Source: Vicugna vicugna
Lineage: Eukaryota
Assembly: GCA_013265495.1 (NCBI GenBank)
Contig: MU058636.1
Location: 2,170,001-2,234,000 of the forward strand
Reading direction: 5' to 3'
Length of the DNA stretch: 64,000 nucleotides
Each line of letters begins with the position of its first letter. The first letter of the stretch is position 1. A program made the position numbers and the translations under genes. Positions 10,597 through 22,982 of this stretch are shown one piece after another. The notes below the pieces were generated by a model, which did not search any database, was not told where the DNA came from, and saw only the letters and a list, made by a program, of their open reading frames with translations.

Positions 10597-12727
10597 AAAA
10601 AAGGATAAATATACACTCATATAATGGCACAGATAATGACAAAATAAATACACTAAAATCTTAGCAATGATTATCTTTGAGTATTATGAGTTATTTTATT
10701 TAACCTTCTTTTGTATTCATCAAATTTTCTAGAATAATCGTATTATTTTATAATAACATTTTATTTTCTGTCTGATTTTTTTAAATTGAAGTATAGGAAT
10801 AACATTTTAAATTACTGTATCTAAGTCTCAAATTCTAAAGCATCATCCATTTTTACTTGAGGAAAACTATGAATTTTGTGTTTGGCTTACTTCAGTTTTG
10901 TCCAATATAGTAGAACGAGACCCTAACTATCACATAAGTAGTTTTACGTCTATTAAGAAGGCTCACTGGGGGGTAGCAGCGTTTGTGGAGAGGAAAAGTT
11001 AATTACACAGAGACAAAGATTCACTTATCAGCACGAAATTCCTCCCCTAAATGAAACTGCTGAGCTAGACGTTCAGGCAGGGACTACTGGGATTTGATCA
11101 TTCTTTTCCTTCCTCCTCTGAGTCTGTATTTTTGTCTCCTTTGTGAGTCCCAAGGTAAACATAAACACCAGGAAATGGCTGAATTCATGTAACTGAGCTG
11201 TAAATCCTTCACATTTCATTTAGTATCTCCTTAAGCAACCATTTTCAACAAAGGACACTGGCATAAAAATTCCTGCAGGAAATAGTAAGCATCAGGGTGG
11301 TCATTTTTAGGCTAATGAATGCCGATTCCGAAAGGAGAGAGAAAAGGTTAACACAACTTTCCTTCGGTCAGTTGTTCTGGATCCCTAAACACCTGAATGA
11401 TATCAGAGCTATTGGCCTTTAAAAGCCAATACCCATTTTAGCACTGGGTCCCCTGCAAGTCTGTTCCTAGATATCAGAACTTCCCTGATTTGTGTCCATC
11501 CCAGCACAGTGCAAAACACATCCTTCGCAGCACAGTTAGGAGTGGCCTTATAAACCCATTATGCTGGCAAATGAGCTTATGCCTGTAGACACACACGCAC
11601 GCACAATGTTCTCTGGGCTTATTAATAGTATATTTCCTCTGCAATTTGTTTCAAGGAAGGGCTAAGAATGCACTTGCCTGACGTACTATAATACAAACAT
11701 TTTTTGTTTTGAAGGACCTAGATACGGAAGAGGTCACGGTTCCATTAATATCACCAGTAAAACCACTTACTACTCCCATAGGATGCATTTGTCTTTGTCA
11801 CAAAATTAAAAATGACTTCCAAACCCAGCCAGCACTGCAGAGTGGTTTCCTGAGCCCAAATTGGCTGGTTGTTGAAAGAGTGAGGAAGAGCTGCTCCCGA
11901 GACTGCCGGTGTACCCGCAGCTACAGACACACTGTCACCAGGGACGCATGCCAACACACAGCTCTGGAGAGGTCACGCCACCCACTCCCCCCTCTGAACT
12001 CTTAGAACTCAAAGCAGTGACAGGAAACTGGCACAGAATATGAGGTTTTCCCATCCGATGGGAGTAGCTGGGCTATCCTTCAGGACGAGCAGGCTCGGAC
12101 ACAGGGAAGGATCAAACAGGTACCCTTGCTCAGTGTGGTATTACACCTGCTTTTCAAATGTGTTTTTTCCCTTTGGAAATCTGTGATCACACTGGCACAT
12201 CACAGCACACAGACATCGAGGCCCCAGCGTGCCAGTTCTCATTCCGCTCCACTTCCCAAAGGTATCGCCTGCGACTTCTCCCACTGGGCCTGGAGCAAGT
12301 GAATGACCCAACGAATTTAGGGAGCTTTTCTGACTTGAAGAGGAGTGCAAGGATGAACATCTTGCTTCCTAGCTCTTGTCTATTCCCATTTTTCATAAAC
12401 TTTTTCTTGCTTTCCTTTCCTTTGATTTTATTTTCCTGACCTCTAAGTCCTGGTCATAAGGACTCCTAGTTATTTTCAAGGAGGACGTGATGTTACTTTA
12501 TTGAGGATGAAGTGAAGAGGCTCAGAAACTAATTAATCCATCCATGAAAAGGATTCTGTCTAGACATGAGAGTTTTCACATCATGCAAGTCTTTGTGAAC
12601 CACACCTAGTGCTCAAGGAAGTTTGCTGATTGGTGAAGTATTTCATTTGAGATAAGAGCAAAAAAAAAAAAAAAAAACGGAGAAGAGCTGATTTCTTCAA
12701 TGACTTTCATTGCCCATCAAAGCTTTG

Positions 12728-15700
12728 GAGCAACCACAAGAAAACTGAAGTAACTATACTAATATTAGATAAAACAGACTTTAAAACAGGAAATGTTACT
12801 AGAGATAAAGAAGGCATTTTGTAATAATGACAGGGCCAAGCCAGCAGGAAGATACAATAATTATAAATATATAGGCAACTAACAACAGAGCACCAAAACA
12901 CATGAAGCAACGAAGAGAAATAGAAAATTCAACAATAATGGATGAAGATTTCAATATCATACTTTCAATAATGGACAGAACAACTAGACAGAAGCTAAAA
13001 AAGGAAACAGAGAACTTGAACAACACTAATAACCAACTAGCCCTAACACATAAACAGAACACTCCACCCGGCACAGCAGGATATACACTCTTCTCAAGTG
13101 GACATGGAACACTCCCCAGGATAAACTATATACTAGGCCATAAAACAAACTTCAATACATTTAAAAGGATGGCAACAATACAAACAATGTTCTCCAACTA
13201 CAGTGGAATTAAATTAGAAACCAGCAAGAGAAAGAAACTCACAAATACATGGAAATTAAATATCACACTCCTAAATAACTAATGAATCAAAAAAGAAATC
13301 AAAAAGAAAATTGGAAAATACTTTAAAGAATGAAAATGAAGACACAACATATCAAAACTCATGGGATGGAACTAAAACAATGTTTATAGGGAAATTTAAA
13401 GTGGTATGCCTACATTGAAAAAAGGAGAGAGACTTCAAATCAATAACCTATCTTCCACCTTAGAACTCTAGGTAAAGAACACCAAACTAAGCCTAAATAA
13501 TAGTGAAGATTAAAGTGGAAATTAAACTAGAGTATAGAAAAGCAACAGGAAAAACTCCATGAAATCAAAAGCTAGTTCTTTGAAAAGATGAACAGATTGA
13601 AAAACCTTTTGCCAGACAAGTCAAGAAAAAAGAAAAGACAAATTAGTAAAATGAGAAACAACAGATATTACTACTGACATTACTAAAATAAAAAGCATTT
13701 TAAAGCAGTAGTATAATTGTATGCCAATAAATTATATAACAGGTAAAATGGACAAGTTCCTAGAAAGACATAAATTACTGAAACTAACTCAGCAACAAAT
13801 GGACAACCTGAAAATAAGTAAAGAGATTGAATTAGTAATCAGAACACTGCCATAAAGAAAAGCCCAGGCCCAGAAGGCAAGTGAATTCGATCAGACGTTT
13901 AGAGAACTAACGCCAATTCTTCACAAACTTTTCTAAAAAACAGGACAAAAGGGAAACTTTCCAATTCATTCTATGAGGCCATTATTACCCTGATACCAAA
14001 ACCAAAGACATCACAAGGAAACTATAGATCAACATCTTTTATAAATGTGGATGCAAAACCCCTCAAATTCCTAGGGCATTCAATACAGGTAAGAGAATGA
14101 CGCATCATGACCAAATGTGATTTGTTCCAGGAATGCAAAGTTGGTTTAACATCCAAAAATCAGTTAATGTCATTAATATACCATACCAATAGAATAAAAA
14201 ATAAAAACCACATGATCATTTCACTAGGTGCAGGAAAAAAAATTCGACAAAAATCTAAACCCCTTTCATGAGAAAAACACCGAACAAACCAGGAACAGAC
14301 GGGAACTTCCTCAACCTGATAGGGGGCATATACTAAAAAAACCTAGCAGCTGACATCACACTTAATGGTGAAATACTGGAATGTTTTCCCCCCAAGACTG
14401 GGAGCAAGACAAGTTGTCCACTCTATTCAACATTGTACTAGGGGTCCACTGGCTATTATGAATAATGCTGCGATAAACATTCCAGCCAGTGCAATTAGGC
14501 AAGAAAAAGAAATAAAAGGCATCTAGATTTTCTGTATTTTCAAATACATGATCTTATATATAGAATATCCTAAGGAATCCACTAAAAAAAACTGTTAATT
14601 GGAACTAGTAAATGAGCTCAGCAAGATTTCAGGATTCAAGATCAATATACAAAAATTAATCATACTTCTATATACTTGCAATGAACAATCTGAAAATGAA
14701 ATTTAAAAAACCAATTTCATTTATAATAGCATCAAAAAGAATAAAATATGTAGGAATCAATTTAACAAAAGAAGTGTAAAACTTATACTTTGAAAACTGC
14801 AAAAACATTGTGGAAAGAAACTAAGCATCTAAATAAATGGAAAAACATCCCATGTTCATGAATTGGAAGCCTTGATATGTTAAGATGGCAGCTCTCCTCA
14901 AATTGATCTGCAATCCCTATCAGAATGCCAGCTGACATCTTTGTAGAAAATGACAAGTGGATTCTAAAATTCAGAATTGAAAGGGACTCAGTAGCCCTGA
15001 GACTGCTTCTGCATTTCAAAAATTACTACTAACACTATAAACAACAGTGATAAAGACAGCGTGGTACTGGCGTAAGAACAGACAATCAGATCGATGGAGT
15101 AGAATCAAGAGTCCAGAAATAAGCCCAGGAGTCCATGGTCAGTCGGTTTCTGACAAGGCTGCCAAGACCGTTCAATGGGAAAAGAATAGTCTTTGCAGCA
15201 AATGGTGCTGGAGCAACTCCACAAGCCAAATGGGAACGGAGTTGGACCTTATATCACACCAGACACAAACAGTAACTCACAATGTATCAGTCCTAAATTT
15301 AAGAGCTAAAGTTTTAAAACTCTTAAAACCATAGAGGTTAGTCTTCATGATCTCAGACTTGGCACTGGATTCCTCCACATGACATAGCAACAAGAGAGAA
15401 AACTAGATCAACTGGACTTCATCAAAATTTAAAACTTTTGTGCTTCAAAGGATACTATCAAGCAAGTGAAAAGAGAACCTAGAATAGGAGAAAATATTTG
15501 CAAATTATATATCCGATAAGGGACTTGTATCTAGAATATATAAATGTTTATATAGCTAGAATATATTAAATCTACATATACATATTATGTGTATCTTAGT
15601 ATATATCTCCAAATTATGTCTAGAATATAAAGTATTTCATAACACAATATATTTAGAAAATTATATAGAATATATTAATATATAATGTTAATAACAAAAA

Positions 15701-16242
15701 ATTGAAGAACTCTTACAACTCAGTAACAAAGACAAATAACCCAATTAAAATCGGAAAAGGGATCTGAACAGACATTTCTCCAAAGAAGATACACAAATAA
15801 TCAACAAGCACATGGAAAACAGTGCAGCATCCGAGCCATCAGGGAAACGCACATCAAGTCCACGAGGATCCCGCCTCACACCCACGGGGATGGCTACGAC
15901 AGGAAAGACACGGTGACAAGTGATGGCGAGAATCTGGAGAAACCAGAACCCTCACACGCTGCTGGCGGGAATGTAAAGTGGTGCAGCCACTGTGGAAAAC
16001 AGTCTGGCAGTTCTTCAGATGGTTAAGCACAGAGTTACCATACCACCCAGCATCTCCTCCCCTAGATATCCACCCTCGAGAATGAACACTTACATCCACA
16101 CAAAAACATGTGAATGCTCTTCACTGCGGCATTATTCATAATAGCCAAACGACGGAAATGATTCAACTGTCCAGCTACTGAAACGTGGAGAGCTTAAATG
16201 TGGGAGATCCACACAGTGGAATATTATTTGGCAATAAAAAGG
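12728..16242 (+). mobile_element. Old decayed L1 ORF2 (endonuclease, RT, C-terminal region), antisense to FLT1 in intron 3
   Basis: ORF 12902..13282 (YTLFSSGHGTLPRINYILGHK...FSNYSGIKLE) is L1 APE endonuclease; ORF 15047..15334 (IKTAWYWRKNRQSDRWSRI) is L1 ORF2 C-terminal part; many stops/frameshifts; FADD catalytic motif destroyed near 14535-14550. Confidence 0.92.
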
Positions 16243-17639
16243 TCACCTTACACAAATATTTCCATTAGAGCAAGGTAAATAGAGAAAGGTCGCTATATTC
16301 CAGACTCAAGATGCCATCCTAAAATTAAAAATTAAAAAATGTATTATTTGTGTGGTACAAAATAAGAGGTGCCTCTTTCCAAAAAGCTCTTTCCTGACTA
16401 CCTACCTTGTATCAAAAGAGAAACATGTTGTTTTCCCTTATCTCACTTTGAAGCCCTGTCTGTCTACTTATAACAGTAGACTGGATAGCAGGAGGGTAAA
16501 AAAGAACACGGCTTAGAAAGGAGAGAAGAGAACGGGACAGTGCTCCACCCTCTCTCCTTCCTCTTATCTCTTCTACGAACTTACCCCTTGAAATGTGGGT
16601 AGCTAGCAGCAGGCGATCAGGATAATCAATCATTTCACCCCACCGTCCAGCACCGGCTGGGCACATGGTGCACAGTCAACTGATGTTTATGGAGAAGATA
16701 CCAGATGAAGCCAGAAAAAAGTAAAATTAGGACATATTATGTACCCAGCCCTGTGCACAAAGCATATCCACGAACTCAGGGTCCTTAAGAGTCTAGCTGC
16801 ACAGACAACACACATACCTCCCCCCACAGAAACTTTCTTCCTGATTAGAGGGAAAAGTAAGTGCTAAATCCTGCCTTGAAGGAGAACACATTTTTAAAAA
16901 ATTTACAGCGAAGATCTAAATCAGTTAGTTGAAGACCCACGTAAGAGTGGAGTCTTCAATTAACTTACCAGGTGGGCAGTAAACCTGACGAGACTGCAAG
17001 GGCGAGGAGGGCAGACGAGGTCTCCCGCCAGGAGAACAGCCCCTCCAGGGCGGTGCGCGGGGCGGTGCGCAGCGGGAGTCGGGAACCAGGCTTCTGCTGA
17101 GGCCCAGCACTGTGTTTTCCTCCAGGAAATGCAACTGGCACTTTCCTGTCCCCCGGCTTAGGACTTGTTATGCATTCACATGGAATGTTCTCTCTGGTTG
17201 TAGCACACTGACATCCCTCAGGGGCCGAGCAAGGGAGGCAAACGCTTGTTTGGGGAGTGGGGAGGATGGCGGCAAGCAGGACGGGAGGCAGTCGGAGCGG
17301 TGGCAGTGGAGGATGTGGGGCCAGGTCTGGCAGGGGCAGTTCCTGCTGGCTGCAGCCAGGTATTGCCAAGTGGGGCTATGGGCCAGCGTGGCTAGAATTT
17401 CCAGTTTTTAAAGATAAGTAGGAAATCAGATTTTTCTGTGAACTCCTCCAATTATTGAATACTGGCAGCCCAAAGCACTACGCCTGCCAATCAAAACGTA
17501 AGTCAGCTGAATCTGGCCTGAACAGTTCCTGTCTGTAACCCTTCACCGCGCCCCGTCACCCCCAACTCCATTTCATCCTGCACACAAAGCTCCGAGGAGC
17601 TGGGGTGGGGGGCGGGTAGGGGGAGTTCAGCAAGGCCAT

Positions 17640-17830
17640 GTTGGAAAGAGCAGGGACTTCAAAGTCAGCCAGAGCTGGGTCCAAAGCTTGACTTGGGAAC
17701 TTACCAAGTGTGCAGGCTTGAGCATGGTATTGAATGTCTCCAACTTTTTTGAAAAAGGAGATTGATAAATAGAATTTATCCCACTGACTGTTAAGGATGA
17801 AATGAGATGATATATGGTAATGAGCCTCAG
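17640..17830 (+). mobile_element. MIR SINE relic
   Basis: cttaccaagtgtgcaggcttgagcatgg...aggatgaaatgagatgatatatggtaa; boundaries approximate. Confidence 0.55.
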
Positions 17831-19140
17831 TCGGATGTCAGTGAATGAGAGTGACACACGCCAGGCCCTGCCCAAATCTCAACAGTGCAAAGGCCCTGGG
17901 GCACCATCTTGTCCAATCCCACCAACTGAGCACCGGTGCTGTGCTTGACTACCTAGCCACATGGGGAGCTCTCCATCTCCCCAGGCAGTTCATTCTACAG
18001 GTGGTTAGCTTCAGATGCGAGGAAGTCTTTCCTTATGTCAAGCTGATCTGCCTGTCCTGACTTCTCTCTTTCTTAGACAGTAGTTCTGTTGTCTGAGATG
18101 ACAAAGATGGAGCTTAATCATCTGGAAAAGTTGGAAGGAGACTGTCACACACTTGTGTCTCCTATTTTCCCACCTAAGTCTTTACTTTTTAAAAACATTT
18201 CAGTACCCTTAGTTGTTCCTTGCTAATGAAAATAAGAAACCTGTCAAATTACTTAATGCTCCTAACCTTATCTGGCAGGTACCCATTTTATGGATGAGGA
18301 AAAGGAAGTTTAGAAGGGTTAAGTAATTTGCTTAGAATTCCTGTTCTCATGGTCCCTCTTGAAATGGAAACTAAACAGTAAGACTGAGGCCACCTTTACC
18401 CCAAGACCACACATTTATTCACACAGTCCGAGCTTGGGCTCATTTTCTTGGCGAATGTGGAGTCCACTGAAAGCCTGAAGCCTTCCTCCCATGTGCTGTC
18501 CCAGCCACCGCCTCCCCCTCAGTCCCAGGGTGGTTAGCGGGCTTTCCAAGCCAAATACAGACTCTTACACTTATTCCTGTCAAACTTCATTTGCTCATTA
18601 ATCCCAGGTCACAGTTCTAGCCCGTTGGACATTTTTTGGATGGCGATTCTGTCACACGATATGTGAGTTTTTGCTCCCAGATTTGCTTCCTTTGCTCACT
18701 GTGCCCTCAGTTTCTTCATCAACGTTCAGGAGGACAGGTGAGACTAATGTAAGAGAAAACCCCAAGTTTCTTTTATTTAGCAAACATTTCCAAGCATCTC
18801 CTACATGGCAGACCCTGTGCTGGAAGCCTTCAGGGTGAACAAGATAGTGCTGGTCCTCACAGAGCTTTGAGAGGTGAGTCCTATGTGAAGGGAGGTCAAA
18901 CCTAATTTGGGGGAGCTTCTCAGGACAGGTGATGTTTAACTCGAGACCTGGAAGATGAGTGAGGGCACCGTGGTGCAGAAGAGTGGGTGGGGGGAGAGGG
19001 TGGGGAGGGGTGGAGGGTTCTCTGGGAGCATCCCTTGTCTGCGACACTCTCACCGCTCTCTTCCCATGGTGCTTTGCAATATGGTTAGCTGTGACCTACT
19101 TCACTCACCTTACTAATTAATTATTGGCCCTTGAAAACTG

Positions 19141-19322
19141 GGAGGGGGAGGATATAGCTCAGTGGTAGAGTGCATGCTTAGCATGCACAAGGTCCTGGGT
19201 TCCATCCCCAGCACCTCCTCTAAAAACAGGAAGTAAGTAAGCCTAATTACACCCCCCACAAATGAATAAATAAAAATCTACAAAACAGCAATGTAAAAAA
19301 TTTTTAAAAATTAAAAAAAAAA
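19141..19322 (+). mobile_element. tRNA-Ala-derived SINE
   Basis: GGATATAGCTCAGTGGTAGAGTGCATGCTTAGCATGCACAAGGTCCTGGGTTCC followed by cctaattac and an A-rich tail. Confidence 0.9.
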
Positions 19323-20685
19323 GGAGGAAAGTTGACGGGATCATCTTCGTCTTCACTCCTCTGCCTGGCACAGCGCCTCTCACCGCGGTGATCACTCCTG
19401 ATTAGTCCTCCTAACTGTGGGCGCAGTGCTGTGGCCGTCACCTCACTGAATCCCTGAAAACCCCCCGGAGTGTGCTCCTCTCTCTTTACACACGCGGAAA
19501 CCAAGGCTCAGAAGGCGGGAACACTAGTAACAGAAATGGGCACATGTGAACAGTGCACACGACACGCCAGACACTGCAACTGTTTCTAGCAGACGAACTG
19601 CTGATGTGAGATGCGGCTTAGGACAAGAGCCGTGCTGCCTTCTCCAGCGGGTACTAGTTATATGACTAGTTATATGGGCAGTTACTTATACTTAACCTCT
19701 CTGTGAAACAGACCTGAAAATGACCGCGCTACTTCGCAGGGTTGTAAGAACGAACCCTTTAACAGACACAGGTGCCTAGCACAGCAGCCGGCACACAGTG
19801 GGTCTGAAGTGTGAACGGTTATTCTTACTAAGGAATCTGTACAGAGTCAAAGACCTCCCATGTATCAGAACAGGGCTTTGAACCCAATTTGAACCCTGGT
19901 TCATGTTGTTTCAAATATAGTTTATTAATTGATATTTGATGAAGGAAGGAAGGGAGGGGCGTTCATTGCATTAGTAAGTCTCCGATTTTGAATAGTGTAA
20001 TCAGTGAGCCACGATGGCTGCCAACATAACCCAGCAAAAATGCATCAGATGACCGATCGACAAATATTTTCAACAGTAAAGAAAACGGAAGAGTGTCCGA
20101 ACGGCAAGGCCCAAAGATCAAACCAGGGCACCTCTTTGTCCCCAGGCAGGGCTGGCATTTCATTACCATTGGTAGAGAAAATTAGGAAATGTCAGAAACT
20201 TAAAACCTTTTCAGCTTAAGGGAATTTCTCCTGAAAAGTCCCCTGCTCATTTTTCTTAAAAAGAAAAAAATTACGTGGAGAAGATTTTTTAAATCCTTAA
20301 AACCATAAAGTTTTAACCTATTTTTCACACTTCTGGTTTGTAGGGGGAAATGAGAGGATAAGGTCAGATTTATTGCACTTTTCCTTGGACGTCACTCCCT
20401 TCTTGAGATTTTATCATTCTACCTCAATCACTAACTTTTTCCAAGTGTTAGGTCGTATCCAAGTGGCTCATTCAAGAGTAAGTTCGTTCTGATTATTTTT
20501 GAGGAGTTATGTAGTTGAACTCAACGCCTGGTGATAGACAATGCTGTCTATAATAGCTGTGTGGCTCTAGAGAGCTGGCCTGTCACATTCGTCTGGTATG
20601 GAGCCTAGAGAGCGTCAAGAAATGCTCTCTTTCTCAAGGAATGACCTGAACATTTAACTGGCAGGTACCACCAAGCGCGAAGGAT

Positions 20686-21431
20686 ACTCCTACACTGTTG
20701 GTGGAAATGTAAGTTGGTGCAGCCATTATGGAACCAGTACAGAGATTCCTTTAAAAACTAAAAACAGAGTTACCATATGATCCAGCAACCCTACTCCTGG
20801 GCATACATCCAGAGGAAACTAATTCGAAAAGATACGTGCACCCCAATGTTCACAGCAACAGTACTTACAATAGCCAAGACATGCAAGCAACCTAAACGCC
20901 CATCAACAGATGACTGGATAAAGAAATTGTACTGTGTATGTGTATGTGTGTATACACACATACACATGCACACAATGGAATACTACTCAGCCATAAAAAG
21001 AATAAAATAACGCCTTTTGCAGCAACATGGATGGACCTGGAGATTGTCATACTAAGTGAAATAAGCCAGAAAGTGAAAGAAAGATACCACATCACTTACA
21101 CATGGAATCTGAAAAAATGACACAAATGAACTTTTTTACAAAACAAAAGCAGACTCGCAGACGCAGAAAACAAATTTATGGTTACAGCAGGGATCGGGGG
21201 TTAGGGATACATTTTAGAGTTCAGGATTTGTAGATATACACTACTGTACCTAAAATAGATAAACAACAAGGACCTACTGCAGAGCACAGGGAACTGTATT
21301 CAATATCCTGTAATAACCTATAATGAAAAAGATTACTAAAAGGAAATATATATATGTATAACTAAAACACTATGCTGTACACCAGAAATTAATACAACAC
21401 TGTAAAGGGACTATACTTCAAAAAAAAAAAA
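20686..21431 (+). mobile_element. 5'-truncated L1 3' end
   Basis: ORF2 end (DTCTPMFTAT...; PFAATWMDLEIVILSEISQ), 3'UTR, poly(A); 11/13 TSD AAGCGCGAAGGAT / AAGCACCAAGGAT (20673-20685, 21432-21444). Confidence 0.9.
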
Positions 21432-22864
21432 AAGCACCAAGGATGAAATTCCTAGGAATGTGCTGGGTCAACATAGGGTTTGGGGCAGGATCTAAGGAAA
21501 GAAGATGGGGCACTCCTGACAGCCACCAAATCCACCAACACAAGTGGCTTCTGTCCCAATCACATGCAAGTCTTTTCTGAAAGTCCCTTGGTGTCTAACA
21601 ACAAAAATGTCTCTAGAAGGGAAATGTGAAACGGCAGGGCTTAACGATATCAAGACTGTCTTCCATCAAATTTTCATGTAGCCGGAAAGGAAGATGGATA
21701 AGAGTTAAGTTACTCTTCTCTGAGCTCTCGCCATGTGGTCCTAATCAGCTGTCCCTCCCCATGATGGATAGAACGGATTATCTCCTTCAAGCCTCAGCCC
21801 TAGGGGGAGCCCAGCGCAGGGCTATAGGGGAGTCTGTTTCCCAAGGAAAACTCTGCAATTCCAATCAACAATGTCGTCAGTGTATCTTTTAAATCCCAGC
21901 AATACTGGTTTCCTCTTTTTCACAACTTCATCAAAATGAAAGAAAAAACCCAGCCAAACCTGACCTTGTACTAGATTTCTGCTGAAGCTGTATGCAGAGA
22001 GGCAGGCCCCCAAACTCCTAGGAATTCTTTATAGAAGATCATTTGAAGTAGAATTCAGCAAATCCAAGGCAGACTCAAACTGCTGCCATTTTAGGAAACC
22101 CACCTGGGTTTCCTGACACAATCCAGAGGCTGAGAGTCCAAACTTTGTTCACCCCAATGTGTTCATCTGTCTCCTGATCAAATACGGCAGGCAATGATGT
22201 GAAAAGAATGAGAACCACGATCTATCACCCGTCCTGTCTGCACTGGCTGCGTCCTGGTGGTACAAGGTGTCTGGTATACTTTCTTCTCAACAACTTTCGG
22301 CTCAGGCAGCATCTATTTTAGGCCCTGAGACCAAAACTTTGGAAACCAGTTCTTACTGAAACACTCATGCTAAAATAAACACAGGTTTCAGAAAGTGCAT
22401 GGAAGCAGCCACGAGCTGGGAATGGAGGTGCAGTAAGCGAGGTGAGCGGATGGGAAGGGGTGATGAGTACCTGCTGAAAACGGGCTTTTAAAACCAGAGG
22501 AGACTCTGGACATTAACCCAGCAATAACAGGTAATGTTATAAATTCGCTGAGAAATCCAGATCTTGAGATTTCTGCCAATCTGTGGCTAAGTGGGTTTTT
22601 TTTTTTTCTAATTGGTTTCTTAACTTTTTCTTCCCACAAAATGTAAGCTGTTTTAGCCTGTTTTTCCCCCAGAGGAAAATTTTGATGACTAGAAATGAAC
22701 AGTTCTCTTTAAAGTTTCTCCACACAAAAATAGGACAGTGATGCCACTGAAAATGTTTTAGAGGATCTGAAAATCTGTTCAGCCCATCCCAGTCCCGACC
22801 CACAAGAAGGCAATGGGTTAATGAGGTAGCCAGTGGTGCAGCTGAGCGCATCAGACCTCCCTTA

Positions 22865-22982
22865 CTATTTTTTTAATTTTTTTTTAAACTGAAGTACAGT
22901 CAGTTACAATGTGTCGATTTCTGGTGTACAGCACAATGTCCCAGTCATGCATATACATACATCTATTTGTTTTCATATTCTC
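22865..22982 (-). mobile_element. Very short L1 3' terminus
   Basis: Poly-T plus reverse-complement L1 end; TSD CAGACCTCC(C/T)TTA (22852-22864, 22983-22995). Confidence 0.8.

Noticed and set aside
12902..13282. 126-aa endonuclease-like ORF as a functional or domesticated gene
   Set aside because: Fragment of a heavily frameshifted L1 ORF2 with degenerate catalytic motifs.
15530..15700. AT-rich low-complexity stretch as a distinct element
   Set aside because: Local slippage expansion of TCTAGAATATAT-like L1 sequence; the L1 resumes afterwards.
19148..19220. tRNA-Ala(AGC)-like sequences as genuine tRNA genes
   Set aside because: All ten copies have A-rich tails, most have TSDs, and they carry stem or box substitutions; they are SINEs.
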